Assembly: GCF_963676685.1 (NCBI RefSeq)
Contig: NC_092344.1
Span: 20,150,001 to 20,214,000, forward strand
Reading direction: 5' to 3'
DNA from: Mytilus edulis
Lineage: Eukaryota
Length of the DNA: 64,000 nucleotides
The notes beneath the pieces were generated by a model. That model saw nothing but the letters and a program-made list of their open reading frames with translations. It made no database searches and was not told where the DNA came from. Below, piece by piece: positions 1 to 14,159 of the stretch (positions are counted from its first letter, which is position 1; every line of letters starts with the position of its first letter). The position numbers were made by a program, and so were the translations under genes.

Positions 1-32
1 TTGTTTATAAATTAGCAGTGCTTTTTCATGTT

Positions 33-790
33 CTGACATAGTGTGTTCGTCTGATTTGGTTATTTACTTGTAATTCCATGTGATCGTCCGACATAGTGTG
101 TTCGTCTGATTTGGTTATTTACTTGCAATTTCATGTGATCGTCCGACATAGTGTGTTTGTCTGATTTTGTTATTTACTTGCAATTTCATGTGATCGTTCG
201 ACATAGTGTGTTCGTCTGATTTTGTTATTTACTTGCAATTCCATGTGATCGTCCGACATAGTGTGTTCGTCTGATTCCGACATAGTGTGTTCGTCTGATT
301 TGGTTATTTACTTGCAATTTCATGTCATAGTCCGACATAGTGTGTTCGTCTGATTTGGTTATTTACTTGCAATTTCATATCATAGTCCGACAGTGTGTTC
401 GTCTGATTTGGTTATTTACTTGCAATTCCATGTGATCGTCCGACATAGTGTGTTCGTCTGATTTGGTTATTTACTTGCAATTCCATGTGATTGTCCGACA
501 TAGTGTGTTCGTCTGATTTGGTTATTTACTTGCCATTTCATGTCGTAGTCCGACATAGTGTGTTCGTCTGATTAGGTTATTTACTTGCCATTCCTGATGT
601 GATCGTCCGACATAGTGTGTTCGTCTGATTTGGTTATTTACTTGCAATTCCATGTGATCGTCCGACATAGTGTGTTCGTCTGATTTGGTTATTTACTTAC
701 AATTCCATGTGATCGTCCGACATAGTGTGTTCGTCTGATTAGGTTATTTACTTGCAATTCCATGTTATCGTTCGACATAGTGTGATCGTC
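33..790. repeat. 55-bp tandem minisatellite, about 14 copies
   Basis: Unit CCGACATAGTGTGTTCGTCTGATTTGGTTATTTACTTGCAATTCCATGTGATCGT; GACATA recurs at 35 and 90 (period 55). Confidence 0.95.
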
Positions 791-1219
791 ATATTCTGTA
801 ATTGATAGCCGTGATTTTTTATTAACAAATCTATTGATATCATGTACATCAACAAATCAAAGGTTATCTGATAGCAACATTTGGTTGGACGATAATGCAA
901 TGACAAATTTACTCCCAAACAAAATCTGAGTGGTATTTCATGTTGTTTGAAAACAGGTTTTAGTGAAGTATACCCACAATTCCCGTTTTCTTATGGGAAG
1001 GTCAAATTTTGGTATAGCTCCATTGAGCAATTTTTGTTGAATTACTAATCAGAACTGAATATTTATAGATGGAAATCTATAGAACTTGATGTTTTCGGAA
1101 TTTTCTTGCACAGATTAGCCGGGTCAGTCCATATAAATGATACATTTGTATAAATTTAGAAAAATCTGTAATGTCAAAAGAAATACGAAAGTTTCAAAGG
1201 AGTACTTTAAACTCATAAA

Positions 1220-1550
1220 TCGAAAACAAACTAACAATGACGGCAAAAAAAAACCGACGAAAAGACGATCAAAAGTGCATAAAACTGAGCAACATGAACC
1301 CAACCAAAAACCGGGGTAGATCTCATATGCTCTGAAAAGGTGAGCAGATCATGCTTCATTTGTGGCACCCGTCGTGTTGCTCATATAAACACAACCCGGT
1401 GATAAATCTAATTATGTGGGTCACATTCAAGGAAAAGAGGTTGATGTTACGACAATTGGAACATATCCGTCGTCCTCTGTGAAACATATATTCCATAACG
1501 GTCAACCAACTCGTATATGACTTCGGTCAAATTTTTGAAGGTGTGATTTG
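1220..1550 (-). mobile_element. Decayed 3' tail of an RT retroelement (same family as 23920-24190)
   Basis: The reverse complement contains GAGTTGGTTGACCGTTATGGAATAT...GACGGATATGTTCCAATTGTCG, matching GAGTTGGTTAGCTGCTATGGAATAC...AACGGATATCTTCCGATTGTCG near 23935-23996. Confidence 0.55.
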
Positions 1551-4500
1551 AAAATAGTTGTCAGTTATACATTATGTACAATAAATTAATCTTGAACCTT
1601 TCGTCTAAATACCAAAGTGTTCTAAGGTTTAATGTTGCTAGTCTTCATGTTTGTATTTTTATAAAAAAAAACCAAAAAAACATCAGTTTCCCTTATCAAA
1701 CGTATACCCACTTTGACCACATAATTTAAAAAATTGAATCACTTTCTCTTGTTTCCGATGACGTATTTTATTCTTCACATCGGTCCTTTCAAAATGTATT
1801 GTGATCAGCGTCTGATTCCAATCTACAAATCTGAAACGCATTACATTTAAAGTTATATCTTACTTGCAATAAATGCAAATTCGGGATTTTTTTCCCTCTT
1901 ATTGTCACACAGAATGTATTGACTACAACCATCTGTTTGATTTTTATTTACAGGTAAAATTAGTCATTCAAATTACCATTCATTCATTAGAATTCTAAAC
2001 ATGCAGAACTGCTATTCTAGCTGTAAACCATTGTCATTTTATGTAAATAATAGAATCACAACAACTCGTGTAATTTACTGGGGTTACGTCCTGCACTGCC
2101 ATACCGCCCCGTGGGTAACACATCGCCCCATGGGTCAGGACTTACTCTGCCACATCGCCCTGTGGGTAACGTCTTGTACTGCCACATAGCACCGTGGGTG
2201 ATCGTCTGAAACTTACCTGTTTTTGAGAGCATTTCTCAATATATAATCATAAATTTCATGTATAATGATCAATGCTCTGTTCAATTTTTTTATATAGACA
2301 TATAAGAGCTTAAACAAGAAACTGATGTACAATTGTCGGCTTTGTTTGACTATATGCGTGTAAAATCATATAGAATAAGCGGTGACTTCAAGATGTCTTA
2401 GCATATGATTATCTTTAATGCAAATAAGAAATTGTGGTATAATTTCCAAAGAGGAAACTCTCAATCAGAGACCAATTGACGTTATTTGCGATGTTCTCTT
2501 ATGATTTATAGAATATATAAACAGCTATTTTCATAATACGTTCATAGTTAAGTCATAAGAGTTTTCTTACATGTATAATGACAAAACATTCTTTGAAGTG
2601 TAAGCATGCTATTACGCCTTCATCATTTTTGTTTGACTCCAATTTTAACGTCTTGTGAAGAAAAAGACATAACTACAGCGATTAGATATGAATTGTTTCA
2701 GAAGTATCAGCATATATGAGACCGGGTTAATTAACTTTGACCTCCGCTGTAATTATCATTTGTTGATTAGAGAAAAACACTTATCCTTCGTTTTTTGTTT
2801 CTGAAATGTCTGTTGAACTCATCATGCAGCATAAAAGCATGCTATTAAAACAAGCCATGCGGTTAGAACCATTCTGCAGTAGGCTATAATCTGCAAATTA
2901 AAAGTCATATTATTGTGCACATATTGTATTTGTACCGAAAAGTTCTTCTGATGAAAGATCAAAGACGACGTAAAATTGAAGATTAAATGTATGATTACCA
3001 ATCATATTGGGTCTTAAATCATATTTATTAAACATAAATGCTTTCGTTATTTAATAATCTATGTTCGTTTACCGAAATTTATGAGAAAATCGGAAAACCA
3101 CATTTTTATTATTATTGGACGCAGCAGGGCATAATTTGTCTTTTAGTTTTCTAATTGAAAGCTGTTCAAGTTGTATGAAATTCAGTATTGCATGTCTATT
3201 TGCTAAAGAAGACATTTTCCTTGTTTATGTTTATATTTTATAATTTTGACATTACACTTCTTGTGTGAACAGAGAGAGAGAGCGTTAAAACGAGCGGATA
3301 AAGAAAATTAGATGACATTTTGTACTTTTAGTTCATCTCAGAATAATACTTTGATTTTTGTTTGAACTTATCTCAATTCTACCAAACCGTATATTAAACA
3401 ATTGTGACTTGGGACAGATGCACAATTTTTTGGCAAGTTTAAAGTAGTTGTGGGAGTTTTCGATATTGCACTTGTATTATTACGATCAGAGGTTAAAAGA
3501 ATTACATCGTTAAAACGCAGACCAAAAACACTTGTATATAAGTGCAAATTGTAATATTATGAAAACAAACTGAAGGTACTGTTTTTTAAAATTGCATCTA
3601 ATATCGGTTGTTGACTTGTAATTTATAATATATTTCATACAACACCCATAGTAGATCTGTGCACACAAATCAATCGTTAACGATGATATAATATTTTCTT
3701 TATTTCAAAAGTTTAAAAGCGATTCAATCCCCTCCTCCCCGTTTCCTCCAAATTGGAGAAGAAATAAGATTTGAAGATTTAAAAAAATGGTGTTCTGGTT
3801 ATTAGATCGATTAAGTGTTTGCTTACCGTCAAGTGGCAAACATTCAGGACGAGAGCAAGTAAAGATAGGATCTTCAAAAAGAAGCGATAGGTATGAAGAG
3901 CCGGAAATATCGAAAGCCACGGGGAATAAGGTATACATTTTGGATCGACCGGGTAGAAATTCGTATTGCATCAGACTTCCTACCGACCCCTCAATGAGTT
4001 AATGCATGAAGAGCCTGCATGTGACTGGTAACTTTACTCTTTGTCAATGAGTCAAGTTACCATATAGAAAATCAAGCGAAGATATAATTTTGTTTTGAGG
4101 TTTACGGTTTGTTCCTTCAAACCCATTAAGTATAAGCTTTAGTGTTGAAAAATCATTTTTTGTAATCAATTTCTTTTCCTCCCATTTTTTAAATGAAATG
4201 TGCACGAAATTTGTCTCTTTTGGAGCCCAATGGAATCTTGTATATACTAATTATGAACTGAAGTTTTTATATATGTATCTATCACAAAGGGAGCAGGTGT
4301 TTAATGTACATATTTATTACGCATTTGTTCTTTTATTATCTCATACAATAACTTGTACGAGATGGTGAAATCGGTTCTGAATTATGAAATACATTTACTA
4401 TGCAATAATACTTTTGGTTTGCTTTATATATATATATGTTCAGTGTAGTGTTGTTCATCTTGCTCTTTGACGAGGGTCCAGTTCTTTCTTCTTTGATTTA

Positions 4501-5429
4501 GACATCAAACCCCCGTAGGTATTGTCTTGCTTTTGTCCAGTGTCAAACTAGTTTTTTGCCATTCATCTATGACTTTTGACGATGGTCCAAAAATATTTAA
4601 CTTTATAGAAATAAATTATCACACAATTATTTTCAAGCTTTATTCATCTTTGACTTTTTGTATACAAATTTTAGAGAACACGTATGCGTTGTAGGAAGAA
4701 CAAATTACATTGAAGAGACCAATGAATCAAATATCAAACTCAAATATTTTACTATTTATAAAAAATACCAAGTTGTTGCTTTTTCAGAGGCATATCAAGT
4801 GAAGTTGATATACGAGTCCTGTAATCTTTTAAAACGTGAACATACGTAATTCCAAATTAAACTTTTTTTTCGGTGGGTATAATACCTATGATTTAGACTT
4901 TGAATGATACACATTCTGGCTATCAAGATAAGATAATTTTAGGTAATAAAAGTTTATTTATTGATCAGTGTTATAAGAGGTAACCTATGTATCCAGTCAA
5001 TAAGATTTGCTCGTCAATTACCCTTGACTATTGTTACTATTAGACTGATCATAGAGACTTATCTCCCCTTACTTGTCTGATGAAGTACCTATACAACTAC
5101 ATAGTCAATATTGACTCAGCAGATACCAACAAGTAATAGTGATAACATACAGGAACTTAGAGATATATTGTACGACAAAACTAGGCAGGGTCTGGTGGTC
5201 GGACATAAACAAAACATTTTCTCATCAAACAGCTTATGGTATGACGCGTGAGATGTGAACTCAAAAAAGTTCAAAAAGACATTGGATTAAAAATAGCTTT
5301 AGCGGATATACAATTTTTTGTATTTAACATTTTATTGTATCAACCAGCTTTTTGTTTTTACTAACCAATCATGAATCTATTCACATTGTTCCACAAATAT
5401 TTGCAAACGAGAACTCTTTCAATCAAAAT

Positions 5430-6180
5430 TGCCCATGTGGATCAATTGGACAAACAATAATGGTCTTTCAAATAAAAGTAGATGACAACATGTTTGACAT
5501 TTCACGTTCTTGCCAATAAATCTAGTTGACAGAATGCCAGACAGTTCATTGTATTGCCAACAATGACAGCTTGTAAAACAATTTTACAGAAGGCAAGGTC
5601 ATTCACGGCCTTCCCAATGAAACTATATGACAGACAGTAAGACATCCTTACAGACTGCAAGGTCATTCACGGCCTTCCCAATGGAACTAGTTGATAACAT
5701 ACAAGACAAGTCAAAGACTTGCTAATTAGATAGATGACATTATGTAAGACAATTCTTCGTATTGCCAATTAAACTAAATGGCAGCTTGGAAGACAATATA
5801 ATATCTTGAAGATAAAACGATACTGGTTGACAGCGAGCAAGCCAATTTTCTCCCTTGCCAATAAAACTAGTTTACAGTATCACGGCCTTGCTTATAAAAC
5901 AAGATGACAGCATGCAGGACAATCCATGCTAATTAAACAGAGTGACCTTTTGTAGCCGACTATACGGTATGTTTTTTTCTTGTTGTTGAAGGCCGTACGG
6001 TTGCCTATTATTTCTTAAATTCACTTTATTCCTAAGTAGTTGTCTCATTGGCAATCATAACACCTCTCCTTATTTTTATATCTACAGCATGTAAGATAAT
6101 ACTTAATATAAGGCCTTGCAATAAAACTAGTTGACAGCTTGCAAGATAATTCACGGCCTTATAATAAAACTAGTTTCGAC
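5430..6180. repeat. Degenerate ~45-bp tandem repeat interrupted by a family-B repeat (5943-6080)
   Basis: Recurrent AAACTAGTTGACAG..GCAAGACAATTCACGGCCTTGCCAAT-like motif. Confidence 0.65.
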
Positions 6181-8289
6181 AACATCGTGTTGGTAAAGAA
6201 ACTATTTTCGTCCATGTGGCATTAGTATGAAAGATCTTTCCTTAAACCTCACACCGTTTAAACAACCGGATCTCCAGATTTTTGCAAGACAGTGTATTCG
6301 ATAAAAAAAAAGCTGGGATGAAACAAACATTTCAATTTGTAAACAAATCGTAGAACGAACGATAAAGCAGCCGAGAACAAAACATAAGTAATAAATATTG
6401 TCTAAAATAAGAGCATTGGGCGACTTAAAAGAATCCAAGTGCTGGTAGATTTTATGTGTCGATGAAACGGCGTAGAAAGCCAGCATACATTTGTAGTTGT
6501 CTAATTTGATGTTATTTTTGGAAGGTTGGCCTCATACGGGTATAGAATGACGTTTTGCTAAAAAGGAACACGATGATTTTGTTTGATCCTGTTGTATCCC
6601 AGGGGTTTATAACTATCTGGCTATAAAATATACGCAATTAATTCAGTGCATTACCATTACCATCCAAATATAATTGAATTTTCAAATGATAAAATCATCC
6701 AGTGAAAGTGTTTTATCATTATGTATTCAACAATAAAGTCAATTTTAAGGTAAAAATGAATGAAGAGGAAGCCTGGACTTAAAAAGTAAATGCCAATCGC
6801 TGTGAGAACGGATCTTGCTTTAAATAGACTTTGAAGTTTACACTGGTATATTTGTACATTACTGTATTTGTATATATAAGATCAAAAGAACTGACAGGTA
6901 TTAAATTTATTCAAAATCACTCCCCGTCTGTGTACATAATTGTAGCAAATAATGTTGACCTGTCGCTCTTCAAATATACTTAATTCAATAAGGACCACAA
7001 AGTATGCGCCTTCTCAACTTTTCTGCATAGGAAAATGTAAATTTAAAACACCAGATATTATCATGCATTGAGTGCGAGTTTAAATCATTTTCATACGAAT
7101 ATGAATTTAAACAAAAAGATAAAAGCGATTAACATTTCATATTAAACTAAAAAGGTTTGTTCAATCACGAGAAAACGTTTAACTGATATAAGAATGTAGT
7201 TTCCAACCGTTTTCGCACATGAAAGCTTGAAAGGAATTAACTCAAACGCCCGGAGTACAAAATGGATGCTTCAAGAAAGCACAAAACTACGACTTCGAAG
7301 TCATGTGTACATAGGACAGCAACCAATTGCCCGTGAGAATAAACACGAATGAGCAACTCGTATAGGTTTCGTTTGCGCAGAACGAAGCAATATTTATGAA
7401 TCTAAGTAATTACTATAGTGGCCAGTTCTCGATTGATAATATCAGTGTACTTGTATGACAAAACATTGTATGAAAAACTCGACTTTAGTAATTATACATG
7501 TAAGTGTGAGTAAATCGTCTCAGTATAATATGTAAAAAAATATCTTAATTCATAAATCATTTGCCCAAAAAGACAACTACAGCCATAGGACAAAAGTAAG
7601 TTCCCACTCAAAAAATGTCCAATAATTTCAACTAAAATCAATATTTTAAAAAATATATTACCACGATAATCTATGAGCGATTTTTATGAAATAGATACCT
7701 GTATATGAATCAGCACGCGATAGAGTGACGACATAACAATAGGAAAGATTTAGTGCGTATGAGGGAAGTTCGTCTCCAAGTAGATTGGTATTTCAAGTGG
7801 TCAACTTGTATAGAAGAAGTAGATGTATATTAACCTTGAAGAATGAAGTCTTTTAGTGCAAGAGAAAGGAAACCTTACGACTTTAAAAAAAAGAAAAGCT
7901 ATAAAAATGACAAAAACGAATAAAGCGGTATACTTTGACGAACTGGGCGATAAATGTATGGATTTATTCAATCATTGTGGCTGTCATATTTGGATTATAA
8001 CGTCTTTATTGCTTTTTTAATCCTGTTATATTCCAAAAAGGCAGTCTATATTTGTTACGGGAAGATTTCAATTCACCTTTCATTTATTACTTTCGTTCAG
8101 GAGTAAAATCAACATTGAAAGAAACAACAATCTTATGGGTATTTATTAAAAACTGAATACCAAACTTTAAAACTATCCGAGCTATGTTTGGGAAAGCGTT
8201 ATATTAACGAATAAAATAAGCAATTATTGCAATGTTATTGCATTGGAATGGTAGGTCAATAAGGATGTTACAAAAATAATGAAAACGTT

Positions 8290-8705
8290 GAACCCACCGC
8301 ACCAAATTCTTCTACACGTTCAATTACACCGCATCGAATTTGTGTACACGTTCAATATTACCGCATCGAATTCCTGTACGCGTTCATTCAATGTTCCTTA
8401 AACCCACCGCGTCGAATTCCTATACGCGTTCATTCAATGTTCCTTGAACCCAACGCATCGAATTCCTGTCCACGTTCAACCATACCACATGGAGTTGCTG
8501 ACACGTTCAATCACACCGCATCAAATTCCAGTACGCGTTCAAACAATGTTCCTTGAACCCATCGCATCAAATTCCTGTACACGTTTATATGCCACATCTT
8601 ATTTAATTCCTGTACAAGTTCAATCATACTGCATCAAATTCCTGAACACGTTAATCAATGTTCCTTAAACCCTACGCATCGAATTCCTGTACGCGTTCAA
8701 TCAAT
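8290..8705. repeat. Degenerate tandem repeat with 33-46-bp units
   Basis: Recurrent CCGCATCGAATTCCTGTACGCGTTCAATCA; explains ORF 8444-8668. Confidence 0.8.
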
Positions 8706-9209
8706 GTTTCACATTTACACTCTGTACATGAAAATGCTGCTGTGTTTGTTTGTGATGATGAATTCACGAGACAGAAATATCCCTGTTCCCGAAGACCCAT
8801 ACAATCATCAGAGGTCAGTTAAGTTTACCAATTGATGTTCTATGTATCTCGTATTTTCCATGATCGTCTTTACGTGTTAATTAATTAGATACATATGTAC
8901 CCTTCATTATGTACACTGAGACAAAATCTGTACAACACAAAACACTTTGACCGTTGTTTATCAAATGCAATTTTATGATACTGTCATACAAGTGAGAGGT
9001 TTCGCTAGCTATAAAACCAGGGCTAATCCACCATATTCTACTTAAGAAAATACCTGTACAAGTCATGAATATGACAGTTGTATCTATTCGTTTGATGTGT
9101 TTGGGTTAATGCTTTTGCCATCAAGGGACTTTCCGTTTTGAATTTTCCTCGGTGTTATTTTTTTTTTTTGTGATTTTACTCTTTATATATTTGTGTTATT
9201 TGTTTGTAG

Positions 9210-9493
9210 GTACCAGAGAGACTGCTTTTATCTATTCCATATTAAGTGCTGGTGTGACTGATTCTGTAACCAGAGCTTGTAGTGCCGGTAACCTTACAGA
9301 TTGTGTATGTGATCCTACCAATGATGGCAAGAATTCTGTAGAAGGATGGGTGTGGGGTGGATGCAGTGACAATGTACAGTATGGACTACATTTTAGCCGC
9401 AAGTTTGTTGATGCACCGGAAGTGCTTAAACACCAAGATACGCAAAGTGTTAGAAATAAAATGAATATTCATAACAACGAAGTAGGACGACGG
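9210..9493 (+). CDS. WNT16: Wnt16, penultimate coding exon
   Basis: Acceptor TTTGTAG|G at 9209/9210 and donor CGG|GTAAGA at 9493/9494. Translates GTRETAFIYSILSAGVTDSVTRACSAGNLTDCVCD...EGWVWGGCSDNVQYGLHFSRKFVD...MNIHNNEVGRR, closely resembling vertebrate Wnt16 (GTKETAFIY..VTRSCSAGN..EGWHWGGCSD). Upstream exons were not found in the window. Confidence 0.92.
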
Positions 9494-12400
9494 GTAAGAA
9501 AATATTTTTCATTACAATTTTCTTGTAAATAAGTAAACGTTGTCGTTAAAAGGACATAGTCGAAAACCCTGCTTAAGCACTTCAGGTTAGATAATATTTT
9601 CAGAAAAATTGCAGGTATGTCAATCCTGTCAGTGGTATTCAATAGTGTCTTCTTTAAAACCACAAGAATTAACAGGAGTACAGGAAAAAAACCTGTTTTA
9701 ATCTCCTAAAAAAATGGAAAAATCAAAGTTTCTGGTTTCGACAATTGTGAGTTTAAATTCAGACGAAGAGAAACACTAAACTTCAACGTGTGCTATCACA
9801 GTCACTTGACACCGTGTAGGTATCTCTATCATACCACCAACACTCAACATTCAATTTGTCGATCTTTATCACAATTGTTTACTGTTAAAATGATTTTGTT
9901 CGATTTGACAATAGATTTTGGATAAATACCCGTAAACAGGGTGTTAAGTGTTACGGGTATCGCTCAATCACAGTAATGAGTCTTAAATAAGTCTATTTTA
10001 CCGCCCCTTAGAAATATGCACGGCTGATCAAAGAGGAGGTTCCACAATGAAGGAATTTTAACAATTGTTATAATTCATCAATTCTACCGCGTCTCAAATT
10101 TTTAAGTGTTATGGTTATGTCGAATTTATCAGTGAAAATGATTTAATTTCTTACCACTACGAAATAACCAATAAAACATTACAACTGTCCTTTAAGTCAT
10201 AGCATGTTTTAATAGCACTTAATCTTAGCTCGAGGACTACAGTAGATTTTACAAATCACAAAAAGGATATGCAAAAACTCAAACAATTTCCACTGGAAAA
10301 TGTAAAATCCAATAGCATATGTCATAATACTAGTCATCAATAACTTGTTAGAAATTCCATTCGTCTGAAATTACAGAAATAAAATACGAACCTGTTGTTA
10401 AAAGTTAATGGCGTCCATAAGTTTTGTATAGTCATAAAAGAGAAATGTTTGACTGATACTCAGAAGCGAAAAGAATTTGACAGCTAAAACATCTCGCTGA
10501 ATGTTGTAATTTGTGATCAAGCATGCACCGTCACAAAAGACGTAGCACAGTCTTCAAGTTACTGGAATACTGTTGAATATTAAAAGAATTAATGAGACAA
10601 CTATATATATCCACCAATGAGCAAAAGATTAGGCCCCTTAACAGACTACCAACGTATTTCCTTTTATTTTAGAAGTTGTAAATCGTGTCGCTTTACACCT
10701 AGAATTCGTATCGAAATGAGCCTTCTAAAATTCATATTTCCTTTAAATTATTTGCCGTTTGCAATTTACAATTAATTTAATTTTCAGTATTTTTTCTGAA
10801 AAATAACCCAATTCTAAACAAAATGAAAATTCTATCAAAAGTAAATTTAAAGTTTGAATTATTTTCTATGAAGGTTGATAGGAAAGCTATGTTTTACCAT
10901 TCGTGTTGTAAAAAAAGCCGCTATGTCATGGTAAATAAGGTTTGAAGGAAAACTGCGTTTTGCAATTCAGGTTAAATGGAAAGATATGTCTTGTCATTCA
11001 GTTTTAAACTAATTCTTTTAGGGTAAAATGTCGTATGAATTTACAGACGATATACATTTGCTATATTTTCTTAATTGGTTCATGAATAGTCCTGATAAAT
11101 ACAAAAATTTAGACTCCTTCATATTCAAATTCCACTCGGTTTCATTAGCTTTCTAATTTACACCTACTGATGGAAAGATAAACAAGTGAAAATGAATATT
11201 GGCCGTCTTATTTTTACAATTCGTTTTTGGTATAAAATAGGGTAAAGAGGTTTACATGTAGGTAAAAATAAAAGGGATTTTTTTGTTTGCTTTAATATAT
11301 GCGTCAAAACCCGCATATCATCTCCGGATAAAGAACATTTACTTAGTAAATTGAGAACAAAAAAATATTAAGAGAAAAAAATAATGCATGGAGAAGTCAT
11401 TTTACATCTGTTCTTTTTAAAATTCATTCATTTATGTATGTTTTGAATATGTCAATTAACTTTGTAATGTTATCGTATATAGATCAGAAGACTTTCTATT
11501 CCAGTTTGAATTTTATAAAAACTTTTACTTAAAATTGTAATGACAATTTTTGAATGAAATTTAATAACAAAACACGACTTCCCGACATTAGATTGTCAGC
11601 ATTTATACGATCTTTACAAAATTGTTGACAGATATTAATGTTTTAAATTCAAAAATATGTTTTCTTTTTATAATGCAGTGTGAACAATGTCATGTAAATT
11701 TTCATCACATCCCCATTAAGTTTCCAACCCATTAAATACCAATATAAGTGGTTATATTTAATAAAGTCAGAACTGAATCTGTATATATGGAGATTTTACT
11801 GGGTCGGTAAATCTGATCGTAGTTTGAGTCTCCAACTGTTTATCTATAGAAATATTACATTATTTAGCTTTTAAAGACAGAAAGGCGTTCGTGCAGAGAT
11901 GTATTGACAGCTACCCAAGTAAACATAATTATACACTGATATTAATAAATATTAAGCGCCCTTTCAAGTTAAAATAGACAGATACCCACATCCTGATGTT
12001 GATGAATAATTCTACGTTTTATAACTGTAGTTATAATAGACTATAATTTAATTAAACATCAGAAATTGAGGGGTAGGTGTTTTTATCGCTTATTTCTAAG
12101 TTCGTTTTACAGTATTTATTTTCTAAACAAATTCAATTCTGGGTACATTTTTATCCATTAAAGGTTGATAAAATGATTTGCTAGAAGAGTTTTCCAAGTT
12201 AAAATATTACAATTTGAACATGATGGCATGAATCAAGTTGTAAAATGCACGTTCTTACGTTCTACTGCCTCCAGCAAAATGTTTCATTTATAGAGTTATT
12301 TGTTCACGGTTCTATTGAGGTGCATTTTAGTAATTCTCTCCAATGTTTTTATTAACGCTTTCGAAACGGGCTCTTTATCAAGTTCTGTCGCGTGTCAAAT

Positions 12401-13673
12401 TTGGTTTATGATGCAGTATACATGTATAAACAAAATAAATGTTTGAAGAGATGTCATGCAAAATATTATTTATGATATGATACAGTCAGTTTTTATTTGT
12501 AAAAAGTTAATTTATGGGAATGTTGTTATATATTTTTTTTAAGATGCATACATGATTGATTGTTGCTTAACTTTCAGTAGCAAATATTTCATGCATGTTC
12601 AGGACGACCATATACATATACATGTTAAGCGTTCGTTAATATACCCCTTTTCAAAGATTGACAAGAGGACCTCCATGAATAAGATCCTCACATGTATCCC
12701 ATTTCCAAATGAAAGTGACCTTTGGGAGTTCAATTTATACCCGTTGACAAAAGGCACTCCAATATATCCCCTTTTAAATCCAAGTAAAATTCATATAACA
12801 AATGCCACGTTTGGGTGGATTTTAGTTTTTGATAGTTCGGCTACTTCATCTCAGTATGAATTTTGTCTTATCTTCCTTTTCATAAATTGTATTTTTTCAC
12901 TTAAGCAAACAATTCTTTTTTACAAATATCACTTTTCCAATCTTGCGTACATGGAAATCAACACAAAAATCACATTTTAAAATCACTGATGTGAATAAGA
13001 CTACTTTATTTCTTTCAATCTGACGATCTCATCTCTGTAGGAACTCGCATCATGTGAGGAAATTTATTTCAAAATTTAGTTTAAGTATACTATTATGATG
13101 TGTAAAATAAATACATCAAGCATAAGGTTGTCGTAGTTAGCACTAGGACGTCCGAATCTCTCTTTTCGTATTTATCCGCGCCAGTAACCAATTTCGTTTA
13201 CATTGATGATATTAATGCAAAGAGGTTGAATAGTTTTTGAGCTATTTAAATGCAGGAATGTGATTGAAAGACCGAATTATATTTTATGGAAATTTTGTTT
13301 AGGGTAAGAGGATTAAAAAACGGTCCTATATTTATCCTGAAACGAATTTAAAGTCGAAATATAAATTGTGGTTATATTCCAAAGATACGGTTTAAAATTG
13401 TAATTTTTTAAGCAGTGCTAATCTCCATTTTTCTTGTTAATAAGTTAATAGTTACACAGCCAACAAAATCTCGCTAACGTATACTGGGTCGTGTAATAAA
13501 TGCACAACACACATATTATAACGAAATGATTTAAAGGAACTCCCTTTTAAAGGGTACAAGTTAACTCATCAAACAAGTGTTTAATACTATTTTTAAGATG
13601 TTTAGTAAACACCCAGGTTTTTTTTATATGTCACACATTTGCATTATTGTAATGTTGTTGGTTTCATTTTCAG

Positions 13674-14159
13674 ACTGTGAGAGATATGATGAGGCTTCGA
13701 TGTCGTTGCCATGGTGTTTCAGGATCATGTGAAATTCAAACATGTTGGAAGAGTTTACCAAAATTTAGCACTGTTGGAGCGAAACTGAAAGAAAAATACG
13801 AAATTTCAGTAAGAATAGCTGGTAGATCGAAAAGAAAGCTTAGACCCAAAACACCAAAACGTCATAGACAAGCCCGAACCGGACGTAAGAAAAGATTATC
13901 AAAAGACGATATGGTGTTTGTCCATAAATCTCCTAACTTTTGTACGCCGAATCCTATAAAAGGTATTTTAGGTACTGAGGGTCGCCTTTGTAATAGAACA
14001 GGCTCAGGACCTGAAAGTTGTGATTTGTTGTGTTGTGGTCGAGGATATAATACTCAGGTTGTGAGACTAACAGATAGATGTCAATGTAGATTTATTTGGT
14101 GTTGTTATGTTGACTGTAAAACTTGTGAAACATTGTTTGATAGACATACCTGTAAATAA
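13674..14159 (+). CDS. WNT16: Wnt16, last coding exon
   Basis: Acceptor TTTTCAG|ACT, phase 0 and compatible with the previous exon. Contains CRCHGVSGSC (lipidated Ser motif), SPNFC, CCGRGYNT, CRFIWCCYV and HTCK-stop, typical of Wnt16. Confidence 0.93.
   Translation, partial: TVRDMMRLRCRCHGVSGSCEIQTCWKSLPKFSTVGAKLKEKYEISVRIAGRSKRKLRPKTPKRHRQARTGRKKRLSKDDMVFVHKSPNFCTPNPIKGILGTEGRLCNRTGSGPESCDLLCCGRGYNTQVVRLTDRCQCRFIWCCYVDCKTCETLFDRHTCK

Noticed and set aside
33-790. CRISPR-like array
   Set aside because: The units are contiguous with no unique spacers, the context is eukaryotic, and there are no cas genes.
3705-4002. ORFs 3705-3971 and 3787-4002 as an upstream Wnt16 exon
   Set aside because: No Wnt cysteine pattern or signal peptide; could be regulatory DNA but this is unsupported.
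9152-9209. Hydrophobic N-terminus of ORF 9152-9532 as a signal peptide
   Set aside because: It is the T-rich end of the intron upstream of the AG acceptor at 9208-9209.
12552-12980. 142-aa ORF in the last Wnt16 intron
   Set aside because: No recognisable motif; the composition reflects AT-rich non-coding DNA.
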